61,494 nucleotides of DNA from contig NW_004797413.1 of NCBI RefSeq assembly GCF_000002075.1, positions 817,139 to 878,632 on the forward strand, read 5' to 3'. The DNA is from Aplysia californica. Its lineage: Eukaryota. This document shows positions 12,401 through 23,151 of the stretch, in pieces. Both the position numbers and the translations under genes were made by a program. The stretch's first letter is position 1. Every line of letters begins with the position of its first letter. The notes beneath the pieces were generated by a model. The model was not told the origin of the DNA. It was given only the letters and a program-made list of their open reading frames with translations, and ran no database searches.

Positions 12401-14970
12401 ATACGGGCAATAGTTGTTTGATATGAAAGACGGATCAAACTACACCAGAGCACAGCACCCACCAACCACCCGCTGGGCATATTTGAGGAAACAGAAGCAC
12501 ATCAACACAAAAACTATCTTTTGGTGCTTGAAATAAAAAAGACAGATACAAACAACAGAAGGACAGAATAGGAGAAGGACCCATCAGCGGCGCCCTCCGA
12601 CCATCGACAGTACATCTACGTACTTCTACTTGGGTAATGAAAGCACTCCAAGGGTGTCTTATCTCAACTAACCTGACCCTTTCCTCTGAGGGAACGGAGG
12701 TCCGTCTTTCTTTTGCTCCAATTGCTGTCGCAAAGAGAGAATCTCACTTTCCAGAGACTTCACATGTTGTGCTTGTGGGTCAGACGATGACCCTGGCTTA
12801 GAACTCACCTGAAAATCTGTTCCCTGCTGATCAAAAGGTAAAAGGTCTTTCAATGAAGATATAAGAATACAAAATAAATCAGTGTGAGGCAAAACAGGTA
12901 CAACAGCGCATAAGTGAACTATATCAACTATTAAATGATCTGAGCTATAATAACTAATATACTTTAAAACATACATGCTTAAATAAAGAATCACATTGCC
13001 TTTTCCCCCCTAGAGCAATTGCTACATTGTTCTATTTCCCCAGGTGCTATTATTTAAATAACAATGTAAAGTGTAAAGTTCATAAAGGTCACTCAAGATC
13101 AAAGGGAGTTATTTTACAGGTGGCTGCTGTGGATGAGATTGGAGTTATGTCAACACAAAGCAAAATATTCCCTTCTGTCTTCCAACACTGCATATTTTAA
13201 ATACATCTGTATCTTTCCATTTTATTTCCATCAAAATTGTTATCTTCCCATACAAGAGCTTTTTATTAAAAGAAATTAAGCTGAAATATTTCAGCCAAGA
13301 CAAAAAATTCAGAATTAGTTTCAAGATGTTATAAAATATAATTTTGGACTGTTGTCTTAACCTAACTCATATTGCAAGAATTATCGTATGTCTATCTTCA
13401 TTTTAAAAAACAAAAAACAAACAAACATGCGGCACGACGAGATGGAATCAGGCTCTCGTCAATTTTTGGGCATACAGAGTTGATGGTTTCATCTTAAAGC
13501 CTGTTCCATTTTCCTTGTTTTGGGAGAAAATAATATCCATCTATGTAGAATAGAAGTCGAGATACGTGTGATTGAAGGAGGTGAGGGTCATCTGATTTCA
13601 GAGGTAAAATTAGCGAGAAACGGATGCTAAAGTTGAGCTATTTCTTTAACTTGAGAGTCCGTGGAAACTGTAAACTTACATTTCTTCTGCCTTTACTCAA
13701 TCTTCTCTTCCGTAAAATCCACACAGAAATATGCTCTTTAATGGGCATGAAAGGAGTTGAACCAAAAAACAAAAATTCGAAAAAAATTCCCAAACTGCGG
13801 AAATATGCCAATTTCTTGACTTTCATTATTTTGACGAGCCCCTGATTTCACCACGCTGCCCATATATTTGTAATTCCTGCCATCGGTGCCCCCCCCCCCC
13901 CCCCGGCCACTCCACCACAATCACACATGATACACACATTTCAGTAACAAGTCAGTAATACAGGGCCATCAGAATATTCAGCTGTCATTAAAATTATATA
14001 TTTCATCAGATGTTTCCGTCCAAAGTTTTCCTCACATTCTTCAACTTACTTTGTTCACTTTCTGCTCCAAACAAGTCACTTGGTTCTCTTTGATCAAGAG
14101 ATCATTGGCGAGTTTCTGTCGTTTTTTCTCCAGATCTTGGCAAGTTTCCGCCAGGGACTGGTTTTCCCTTTTGAGATCGGCAATTTCAGACTTCTCATCA
14201 TTTGTTTTTCTTTTCTGTACTTGAAGAGCCTTAAAAGATACCATCATAATGAGATCTTGCCAAAGGAGTCAAATATACAAGGATTTATAATCATAATATA
14301 TAATATAAATAATTTATATATATATATATAAGATAACTAATAAAGTCCTCTTCTTCCTTATCCTTACAAACACAAAATTACACTATAACATTAAAAAAGA
14401 AGCAGCTTGGTAAGATCATAATTTTCTAAAATAAGACCCACGGAAAGACAGAACCAGGAATCCAAATTCTAGCTGAGATGGATTCACAGTATGCACTCAG
14501 AAACTAGTATGGCTAAAACTGAATAAAAAAAGAGATCTCAAAATAAAACTAAAATATACATTGAGTATTTAAATGATTTGATTATATTATAATGAGGGAG
14601 ACAACATTTATTCGACACAGGTCATAAAATCAGCCGTGGTATAAAATGAAGCAATACACAATCAAAGAAGTTTTTAAAAAAACAAATAAAACACATTTAA
14701 CATTACAATCAAGTAATTTTTATTTTATCAGGAGACACAAGCGGTCTGAACATGGCCAAGAAAATCAGCCAAGCTGCAAGAAAATTCAATTGGAGAAATA
14801 AGGTCAAAATTGATCAAATAAAATCAACGTACCTGTTCCAAGCTGTCTATTTGATATTGTTTCTGATCCTTCTCTTTTTTCAACCTCTCCAACTGGGTTT
14901 CAATCTGGGTGATTTTCAGAAGAGCCTTCTGAGGCAGTTCATTCTTCCATTCATCAGCGGCCCAACTCAT
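1..14970 (-). CDS. CENPF: Centromere protein F-like giant coiled-coil protein, multi-exon, 3'-incomplete (runs off the window)
   Basis: The N-terminus MSWAADEWKNELPQKALLKITQIETQLERLKKEKDQKQYQIDSLEQ|ALQVQKRK matches the CENP-F N-terminal domain pattern (MSWA..EWK..LP..AL.KI.. ..QL..LKKEK.Q.Q.Q.DSLE.AL). Inferred GT-AG coding exons: 14970-14833, 14229-14050, 12826-12673, 11730-11543, 10947-10735, 10536-7138, 6197-6114, ~4334/4330-4207, 3554-<1. Phases are consistent except at 6114->4334. An acceptor 8 nt upstream of the ATG implies a further 5'UTR exon. Confidence 0.8.
4016..4193 (-). mobile_element. Short retroposon (family B, ~180 bp)
   Basis: Homologous to the copies at 53187, 53407, 31095 and 48750. 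Has a (TAAAAC)n tail and a perfect 17-bp target-site duplication (TSD) catcccccgttacctcc at 3999-4015 and 4194-4210. Confidence 0.85.
4440..4765. repeat. 30-bp intronic minisatellite
   Basis: Unit ggaaagtaacacgatgaaggcaaaggaatg, about 10 degenerate copies. Confidence 0.9.
5431..5504. repeat. 30-bp tandem repeat, ~2.5 copies
   Basis: tcaaagttaatctgttgttgttgttagcga repeated. Confidence 0.85.
6349..6401. repeat. (GA)n microsatellite
   Basis: Seen directly. Confidence 0.95.
6858..7135. repeat. 34-bp intronic minisatellite abutting a donor site
   Basis: Unit gtcagacttctgcagtctgcctatccactaatcc, about 8 copies. Confidence 0.9.
7138..10536 (-). CDS. CENPF: Giant coiled-coil exon (1133 codons) of the CENP-F-like gene
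   Basis: Core of the 1160-aa ORF. Donor CAG|gtgagt at 7138/7137. Phase-0 acceptor actcacag|GAG at 10537/10536 lies downstream of a (TC)n tract; the acceptor choice is inferred. Confidence 0.8.
12360..12475 (-). mobile_element. Family B retroposon, partial
   Basis: Reverse complement of the gggtggttggtgggtgc...tctggtgt...ttgtgtttgttattctcttgta body. Confidence 0.65.
13430..13866. mobile_element. Non-autonomous DNA transposon, same family as 57849-58289
   Basis: Ends ggaatcaggctctcgtcaa ... ttgacgagcccctgatttcaccacgctgcc, and the body is colinear with the 57849 copy. Confidence 0.8.
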
Positions 14971-16005
14971 TGTGCCAACTGGAGAAGGATGAACACAGCA
15001 ATTCATTAAACCAAAAATGATAAACGAAGTGGCTAGCCATACTTCGGCTAGACTGAGACTGAGAGTCTAGCCGTACTTAGATCTAGGTTTGGCCCTATCG
15101 ACTCAAGCCTGTTTAGTACACAGGTCTCATTAGATCTAGATCTAGTAATTATTCAGGTTCAAATACATGTAAGTCAGTAAGGCATCTTTTGGTTTTGTTT
15201 GAAATAAATACAAATACTTTAGGCATTGCAAACTAAAAATTTCATTTACAATTCAGCCATCAATATTAAGTACGGCTAGCCTGCCAGTCTAGCCGTACTT
15301 ATCTAGGCCCTATTAACATTAGAAAACAGGAGGTTTAAAATACATGCACTGTCATTAAGGCACCTGGTTTCGTCTCAAATGCAAATACTTTAGGTACTGC
15401 ATATTAAAAATGTTTACAATTCAGTAGGCCTATTTTTGTAAATGGTCAGTCTAGCCATCATATTAAGAATAAGTACGGCTAGACTGCCAGTCTACCCGTC
15501 ATTAAGTACGGCTAGCCTCTTCCAATGATAAAAAGGAATATTTAACTGTGACACCCAATACACCTAGTGATTGTGCACGCACATTGAGTTTGAGTCCGAA
15601 TAGCCACTGAAGGCTATTCATTCGGACTCAAATTCAGACTCGAGAGTCCGAATAGCCGCGGCCACCATAAATCAGTATCGATGTCAAGCGCCATTTGTCG
15701 ATCAGCGCGATCTTAAGATGGCGCAGAACCATATATGACGATCCGCAGAAAGCGCGGCCATCTCGAGATGAGGGCGCCATCTACGGATTATTTCCGAAAA
15801 TGAATAGAGCTGCGCGATCTTAAGATTGTGCAAAGCAAGCAATAATTGTGCCATTTGCCGTTGGTTTGGCAGGAGACCGAAAAAAATGTGGCAACCCTGA
15901 ATGAAAGGGGAAAGCAAAGCACTTAGAAACGAAACGCAAAAAGTCAAAAGAGAAAGGCTGTAATGGCAAGAGATATTTGCATCCTCTTGAACCTTTTTTT
16001 TTTTA

Positions 16006-16678
16006 GGGAGTGTATACAGACCCGGTAACCAGGAACAAAGTAACAAAGTATACAGACCCGGTAGGGGAACTCTTTTGTGATTTCAGAAAGTTTCAGCGCC
16101 CTCTTGGCTCAGAGTAAAACTACGTTCTTCTAGATCTATGGCCTAGGTCTAGATCTAGACCGACAGATATTCATAAATCATTGATCTAGTTTCGAGGCTA
16201 GCCTAGATCTAGAGATCTAGAATCTAGATCTAAATCAAGATTGCGGATGGCTTTTCGATGAACGATCATTTTTCCCCCGTTTTGGAGTTGGAGGAATCAC
16301 AATTTGAAGAAAAGAACAATGTCATAATTTAAATCGAGCAGTCTCCCCCCCCCCCTCTCTCTCTCTCTCCCTCTCTCCTACTTCCTCTGTCTCTGTGTAT
16401 AGCTCGCATTCTCTTTTTCTTTGTTTGTCTCTGAGCCTGAGCTGTCTTTCTTTCTCCCCTCCTATTTCCCACTCTATTTTTCTCTCGTTCCCTCCTGCCA
16501 ACTGTGTCATACATTTTGCCAGCACTTCCCTCTGCTCTCTCCTCTCTCTCTCTCACTCACTCACACTCACACTACCGGGTCTGGGCGCTGAAACTTTCCG
16601 AAATCGCAAAAGAGTTCCCCTACCGGGCCTGTATACTTCGTGGCTTTGTTCCCGGTTACCGGGTCTGTATACACTTCG
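16006..16678. mobile_element. MITE with ~95-bp TIRs
   Basis: 16006-16101 (gggagtgtatacagacccggtaacc...) is ~90% identical to the reverse complement of 16583-16678. Confidence 0.85.
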
Positions 16679-16797
16679 GTTTTTTTATTTTTGAAATTAA
16701 TGATAATAAATTCTGTGGAGTTTTGTTTGTGAACTTTGCAAAATCGTTTGTTTGTGTGTGATGGCGCGTCGCGCCCATCTCAAGATGGCCACGCTTT

Positions 16798-17055
16798 CTG
16801 TGCTTTTTCGGTAGTTCCCACCCCCCTTATTTGAGCCTGACCTACATGATCTAGATCTATACGTTTGATTCGTAGCGAGCTAAGATATAATCAAACCCAA
16901 CAACGACAACTGCAAAACATTAAATAGTGGTAAAATTCAGGGGGCATGCCCCCCTGAAACCCCCCACCTTATTTATATAGGTCAGGACCCCCCTACTCTT
17001 GGGGCCTAAACACGTGAATAACAATTGCGGGGTGGGAACTACTGAAAAAGCACAG
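16798..17055. mobile_element. MITE, 258 bp
   Basis: TIRs ctgtgctttttcggtagttcccacccc / ggggtgggaactactgaaaaagcacag, flanked by a duplicated cgcttt. Confidence 0.85.
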
Positions 17056-17101
17056 CGCTTTCTGCGGATCGTCATGGTTCTGCGGCGCTGCACCATCTTA
17101 A

Positions 17102-17723
17102 CCCTGGAAGCGCGCAGGCCCTATATAAAGGGCGTGAGCCGGGCTACCCGGGAAGCGCGCACGCCCTATATATAGGGCTGACCTACTTCGACCGGGAAGC
17201 GCGCAGGCCCTATATAAAGGGCATAGAGACGCTGACCCTTTTCAATGGAAAATTCCAGTGTTCCTTATATGGAAAATGACGTAGTCAATTACAGGCCAAA
17301 GTTATAAATAGTGACCAATGACTTTGCAAGTTATCTTGACCTCGTAGAGCGTCTCTTGGCCAAGATATCGATCGATAAAGTGACGCGGTCCCGCTGAGCC
17401 ACTACACGCTATGTGTTATCACTTGTTTCGCCGTGCTGATTTACTAATTGTTGAGTCTATCGCATTCTCGGCTTTGTATTTATTTGATCGCTGATCATTT
17501 TTGAATGGCTCATTCTATCACCTTAAAGAAAATATAGGCTTTTATTATATATGCTTTTTATCATCTGTTGAGCCGTAAATTGTCATTTTTCAGTAGCAGG
17601 TATACATTTCGCGTATCTCAGCTGTTTCCCCCCCACCAAACCCCCATGTTTACAACTGATCGGCCGTGGCGGCGGGGCATTTTTGGCGGGTTACTTCCGG
17701 TGAAACGCTGAGCGCTTCTAGGG
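17102..17723. mobile_element. piggyBac-type non-autonomous element
   Basis: TTAA on both sides, CCCT...AGGG termini, a 14/16 TIR match, and three subterminal ggaagcgcgcaggccctatata repeats. Confidence 0.85.
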
Positions 17724-19167
17724 TTAAGATCGCGCTGATCGGCAAAAGGCCCTTGACATCGATATCCAGTGTAGGCTATTCTGTGCTAGGCCTAGTGTGA
17801 TTTAGTGCAAACGGGACCGCATTTGTGCAGGAGTGCCTCCCCTGAAATCTGAACCCCCCCCCCCCCCTACTAACAACAGTGTCAGTGTCAACAGTGACAA
17901 CAGGTTACAGGGTGAGGGAGGCACCCCCCCCCCCCCCCCCTCTAGTAGTGCGCATTAATAACATGTAAACACGATGGATCCATCAAAGTTAAACCCAGCC
18001 TCAAACGCTCAAGCAACCAGACTCATGACATGATGATAAATGACAATATAATCAATGAGTTCTGCAAATCAAAATGAGTGGTCGACGTTTTATTCGTTTC
18101 GCGAGCTCCACCAGCCCTGGCCCAGCGAAGTAAAGCACAACAAATCAATAATAATTAGGGCCTAGATTTTAGCTTTTCCACTAGATCTAGACTCTTAACT
18201 ATAAAACACATCTTTTCATACCTTCTTATGACTTTAAAAGACAACCAACACGTCAATTCAACTGAAAGCTTCACAAGCAAAGCAATATTCCAGCTGTAGT
18301 CGTCATTCTGTGGCGATAAAAAATTACAACGTTAGAGAGACTGAGTCCTACCGCTACTACAGTACCACTCTTCACTGTCATTCAAATTTCGTACCGTAAG
18401 AGAGTATTGCGTATTGAGAGAAGGGAATCAGACTCGATACCCCTATGGGATTAAGATACTATTTATTCTTAATTCGGTTGCAAGCTTTTATTTGCTATAA
18501 AGGGATAAGAAAACTTTTAAGCTCAAAGAATTTTATTTTCTTGGCATAGCTAGGAAAAAGGTGATTCTTGATCGTATTCTCTGATAGTGCCAAAGGCAAT
18601 AACCTGTTCGATACTACCTCCCAATTTTTGCGTCCATCCGATAATAACAAAAGCAGTGCGCATGCGTAGCTTTCGTATTTACTCAATAAATATAAACTTT
18701 TTGTTCTAAGTGAGCTCGACAGGTAGTCTAGTTTTTCTTCCTCTGGGACTGAGAGAGCCAAGGCAACTGTGCTGATTGCTGGTAGTGCTTCTTTACTTTC
18801 TTTCAAAGATTGTGCTTGTACAAGTCTCTGTTTCATTGCTTGTCAATGTACTCAATGTTTACAAATCCAAATATCAGGCTTCGTTTTTAAAGTGAGAAAG
18901 CAAGCCGTAGATCTAGTAGCTGGTAGACAGTGGTAAGGAGTTTGATTTTTATTTTCATGCTGAAAGCCAAAGCTCACAGCTGTGAGTTAGTCTACTACTG
19001 ATCTAAAAATCTAGATATTCTAGATCAGATCTACTCGGCTCTGTTTACCTTGTCCACGACACGACTCGGATTTTTAGCTTACAAAAGACAAACACACTCA
19101 CAGATACAGTCATCTTCAACTGAATTAAAAGATATTTTTTTACTTTATCTAAATGTTGAGGCCACCT

Positions 19168-19651
19168 CTATTCTCACCCGGGGTGAGAATAGTGCAGGCG
19201 GGTCTTGTGGCTTTTCTCACCCGGTGCGCGTGTCAACAAATTTTGCGTTCACCCTAAACCACAGAATTCTACACTGTGATAACAGAAAAATTGTAGAATT
19301 CTGTGCTGTGAACAAACGTTCCATTACAACTGTACTTGTAGCCTACTAATACTAAAAGCGTACAATTTTGTCTGTGACTGTGGGCAGTGGAGAGAGAGAG
19401 AGTGAGAGAGAACAAAACAAAATGGCGACCCGCGTAGTTCGGCTCGATTCGAAAAGTTAAATTAAAATAGCCGTAGCATCTTTGTAGACAACTAAATTAA
19501 TTTACTTTTGTGTTTTAACATCATTTTTTAACTTTGTTTTGGTCAATTTGATCGTCCACACCGATAGACAGTATTCAGAAAGAGACAGAGAGAGAGAGAA
19601 GAGGGGAGGAGTAGATCTTGCGAGAACTTCCGGGCGGGTGAGAATAGCCAC
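19168..19651. mobile_element. Probable MITE with a palindromic end
   Basis: Perfect palindrome ctattctcaccc-g-gggtgagaatag at 19168; inverted pair gtggcttttctcacccg (19208) and cgggtgagaatagccac (19635). Confidence 0.55.
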
Positions 19652-19733
19652 TTTCAAATGTTGATGCGCTGAACACGAATATCAACTTCATTTCCGTTGC
19701 AAATTATTTATAGTTTTTGAAATATTTGATTGT

Positions 19734-19841
19734 TGGGAGTGCTTATTTAGGCCACATATGGCCTAAATAAGGTAAGGGAGGGGGGTTTAGCTTATTTAGG
19801 CCACACATGCTCAAACTACCCTTTTCAGGCAACTGAGTTCG
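19734..19841. repeat. 108-bp dispersed repeat (likely a transposon end); inverted copy at 46138-46245
   Basis: 106/108 identical to the reverse complement of 46138-46245; contains palindromic ttatttaggcc motifs. Confidence 0.9.
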
Positions 19842-21274
19842 TTCCACTTTCATAATGGTGCACCCTTCTCATTTAGTACGCTTTTGTCTCAGTGTACAAC
19901 TCATAAATCATAACCATAATGAATATTGTAAAGAACAAAGCACAATACGCAAAATTTTGCTCAATCCCAGAGGGCCAGATTTTTCCTTCATGGAGGGGCA
20001 AAAGCTAGGCTACCATTTTGGCACACTTTGGTCAAGTGAAAAGGTCAAATCCTCCGAATGGACTTCCGGGTTAAATTTGGGGTATAAAAAGAGTGTACAC
20101 TACGTGGCTGAGTCAAAGTTACACTATCTTTGCCTGAGTGACACTCTCTCGTACTGTCTCGTAGTAGTACATGTAGGCTAGTAGGCCTAGTAGTAGTAGT
20201 AGCAAAGATCGTGTAGAGAATATTTGGTAGTAGATTCTATCTAGTAGGCAGTTTAGTGAACGTGCTCGTGGCAGGGCGAATCGGCCTCGATAAGCCCCGT
20301 AGACTTTTGTGATCGGCCACGAAGCCTCGTGTTTTGATGGGTCTAGATCTAAACAACTCAGTGTTATTCGCACTGCCACATCCGACAGGCCTAGATCTAC
20401 ATATTTTTAAAAGGAAAAGAAAGATCATCAAAATAGTTGAATTCGCGTGAAAATCGATTCGGTAGAACTAGAACTATTAAAATTTGCTTCTGAAAACAAG
20501 GCAATTTTTATACGAAGGCCATTTTTATAACTCGATGAAATAAAAACTACTGGCTGTGTACTGTGTTATTCTGTATAAAAATAAATTATGAAACTTCAGG
20601 ACGTATTATTATTTTCCAGCATCTCTTGACGCCTGAGCTGTAGAGGTTGAAGTTTTCACAACACTAATAGATCTAGTAAGAGGGTTAGGTAATAGGGCTT
20701 TCCGTAAAAAATGCATAGATCTACAAAAGCCAAACCACCGAATCGACCGGGCACCTCGCTCTCCCCTGCACACTGTGATAACGTGTTGCTGCGGTATCGC
20801 ATTATTCAACTATTAATACGTGCGGCTATGGCAATTGGGATGTACTGACTGAAAAAAATTCTGTTTTGTTTTTATTTTACCATATATTTTTGACTTTAAT
20901 AGTGCAGGCGATAGCAAGATCTAGATTCCCTGTCTAGAATCAGTAGTAGCAGGCATATGCTAGAAGCAGCCAGAGAGCCTACAACTGCTAGATCTAGATC
21001 TAACTTATTATTGCTATGCCTTTGGGCTTTGGAATTGAAATAAAACGAATTGCACAGTTCTAGTTACTTTTAGATTCAGCAAGTAACTGTATTTCCAGAG
21101 TCGATAATAACAAATCTCAGCATAACAATCCCTTTTACTTGTATTAGAATAATGAGATCCAACTTTTTTTTATAAAATCTGTTTTGCGCAAACTTAATAT
21201 TTTCTCTACTTGTAGAGCACAGAATTTACATTGTAAGCCTCTGCTCAGCCTTTTAGTATACATAATAAAATACA

Positions 21275-21275
21275 T

Positions 21276-21309
<34 letters not shown>

Positions 21310-21312
21310 TTT

Positions 21313-21353
<41 letters not shown>
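21275..21353. repeat. Compound (CA)n(TA)n(GA)n microsatellite
   Basis: Seen directly. Confidence 0.95.
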
Positions 21354-21355
<2 letters not shown>

Positions 21356-21554
21356 CTATATAATCATTTTATGTTGTTTTCGGGATACTTTTAAAACTCT
21401 TTTTTTCAACATGTCATAAAATCAAATTGTGCCATTTTCTTTGAAAAGAATAGCATTAGCAGTGGACTTTTTAGACAGCAAGTCTCTGATTCAATATTTT
21501 AAAAATAATATGCTAATCAATGAAAATTGCAAATTGATAATAGTTTAGTCCTGT

Positions 21555-21875
21555 AGAGGATAGGTGGACTCTGGGGTCTGCAGAGCGAAATACTAGGTTT
21601 TAGGATGTGAACCCCGGAGTCACCATAGTGAAATAAGGTTTGGTTTAAGTAAGGATTGGTGGACCCCGGGGTCAATGTAGTGATAAATAAGCAGGTTTAA
21701 GGTGGACCCTGGGGTCTACCTAGCGAAATACTAGGTTTTAGGACAGGTGGACCCCGGGGTCACCGTAGTGAAACAAGTAGGTTTCTTTAAAGATTGGTGG
21801 ACCCCGGGGTCAGCGTAGTGAAATAAGTAAGGTTAATTTTAAAAGGATTGGTGGACCCCGGAGTCACCATAGCCG
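21555..21875. repeat. Degenerate ~45-50-bp minisatellite
   Basis: About 7 copies of ggtggaccccggggtcaccgtagtgaaata...ggttt. Confidence 0.85.
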
Positions 21876-23049
21876 TAGAGGAATAATTTTGATATTTGAA
21901 TGTAAAAAAATATATATGTGTTCCTGTACCCTGAAATTTCATCACAATAATTAAATTAATCATTGTGAACACAAAAAAAAAATTCACACCTCTATCAAAA
22001 ATCTGCTCAGTGCAAATTGTAAGGAAGGAGGAACATTTTAAAGGCATTCCCAAGGCCAAAAGTGTTAACTTCAAAATGGCCGCTCTTCTTGTGGGTGTGG
22101 TACATGTAGTGATGTCAGTGAATGAGATGGTGATGCTGGCAGTGGCAGTGATGATGGTAATGATAGTGACGAGGAGGTGATGGTGGTGGTGATGATAAAG
22201 AGAGGGTGAATGATGATGGTGGGGAGAAGAAGGAAGAGGTGGTGGTGGAGGAAGGGAGAAGGAAGATGAAGAAGAGAATAGAATGACGGTGAAGATGGGA
22301 AAATGGAAAACCTTTGGGGCTGTTCAAATATAATTTTACACTTTTGGGGACTTTTTTAAAACACAAAACCCAATACCACTTTTCTCCTATTTGTCTCCAA
22401 CCCCCACCTACACCAATTTAATATTAGTACTTTTTCCGATCTTCAACTTCCATTATTATTTTAAAGATACCTGTACTATACGTGGCTTTTTTTTAACTAG
22501 CTTGTAAAAAAAAAAATCATTTCAGTTACTACAATTTAACCAAACCATATGGACTAAAAAGAAACGCATATATGTGGAAGACATTGAGACTGTTGTCAAT
22601 GCAATAGGTACGTGCCTTACAAATAAAAGACATCAAGACACTAAAAGATCAACAAAACAGTTGCAAAGTTACGAAGAAACATTAAGAAATTAGATATCCA
22701 CCTACAAAATTTTCATCATAATTTCAAAATTATTTGTACCCCCCCCCCCCCCTAAAAAAAAAACCAAAAAAAAACAACGGGGATATGCAGTGATCCTGCA
22801 GATCTGGGACTTGTTACTGGCATTTATCCACTTTTTCTTCCCAGTCATGAGCAAAACGTTCATCTCACAGAAGTGTCATATTTGGTTAACCTCCCCACCC
22901 ACCAATCTTCCACTTTTCTTACAGAAGCCAAAGACACCCTTTCCTCTCTGAGGTGTAAGTTTATATTTTGAACGGCCCCTATAGGCCTAGATCTAATACA
23001 TTGAGGCATGTCGCGTACATGAGAGGCGGAGTAGCGTCGCTTTTCGAGG

Positions 23050-23151
23050 ATCGCCGTAAAAATAGCCTGGGACTCACTGGGATGCTATCTTTACGGCACG
23101 CCGTAAAAATAGCCTGGGAGGCTATCTTTACGGCTCGCCGTAAAAATAGCC
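23050..23151. repeat. Direct and inverted subterminal-type repeats
   Basis: gccgtaaaaatagcc x3 interleaved with inverted gctatctttacggc x2. Confidence 0.7.

Larger units (their letters stand above)
15676..17764. mobile_element. Long-TIR element whose right arm is interrupted by two insertions
   Basis: Left arm 15676-15781 is the reverse complement of three fragments: 16760-16797, 17056-17101 and 17724-17764. Confidence 0.75.

Noticed and set aside
18495-18836. 113-aa ORF between the divergent genes
   Set aside because: No recognisable motif or supported splice structure.
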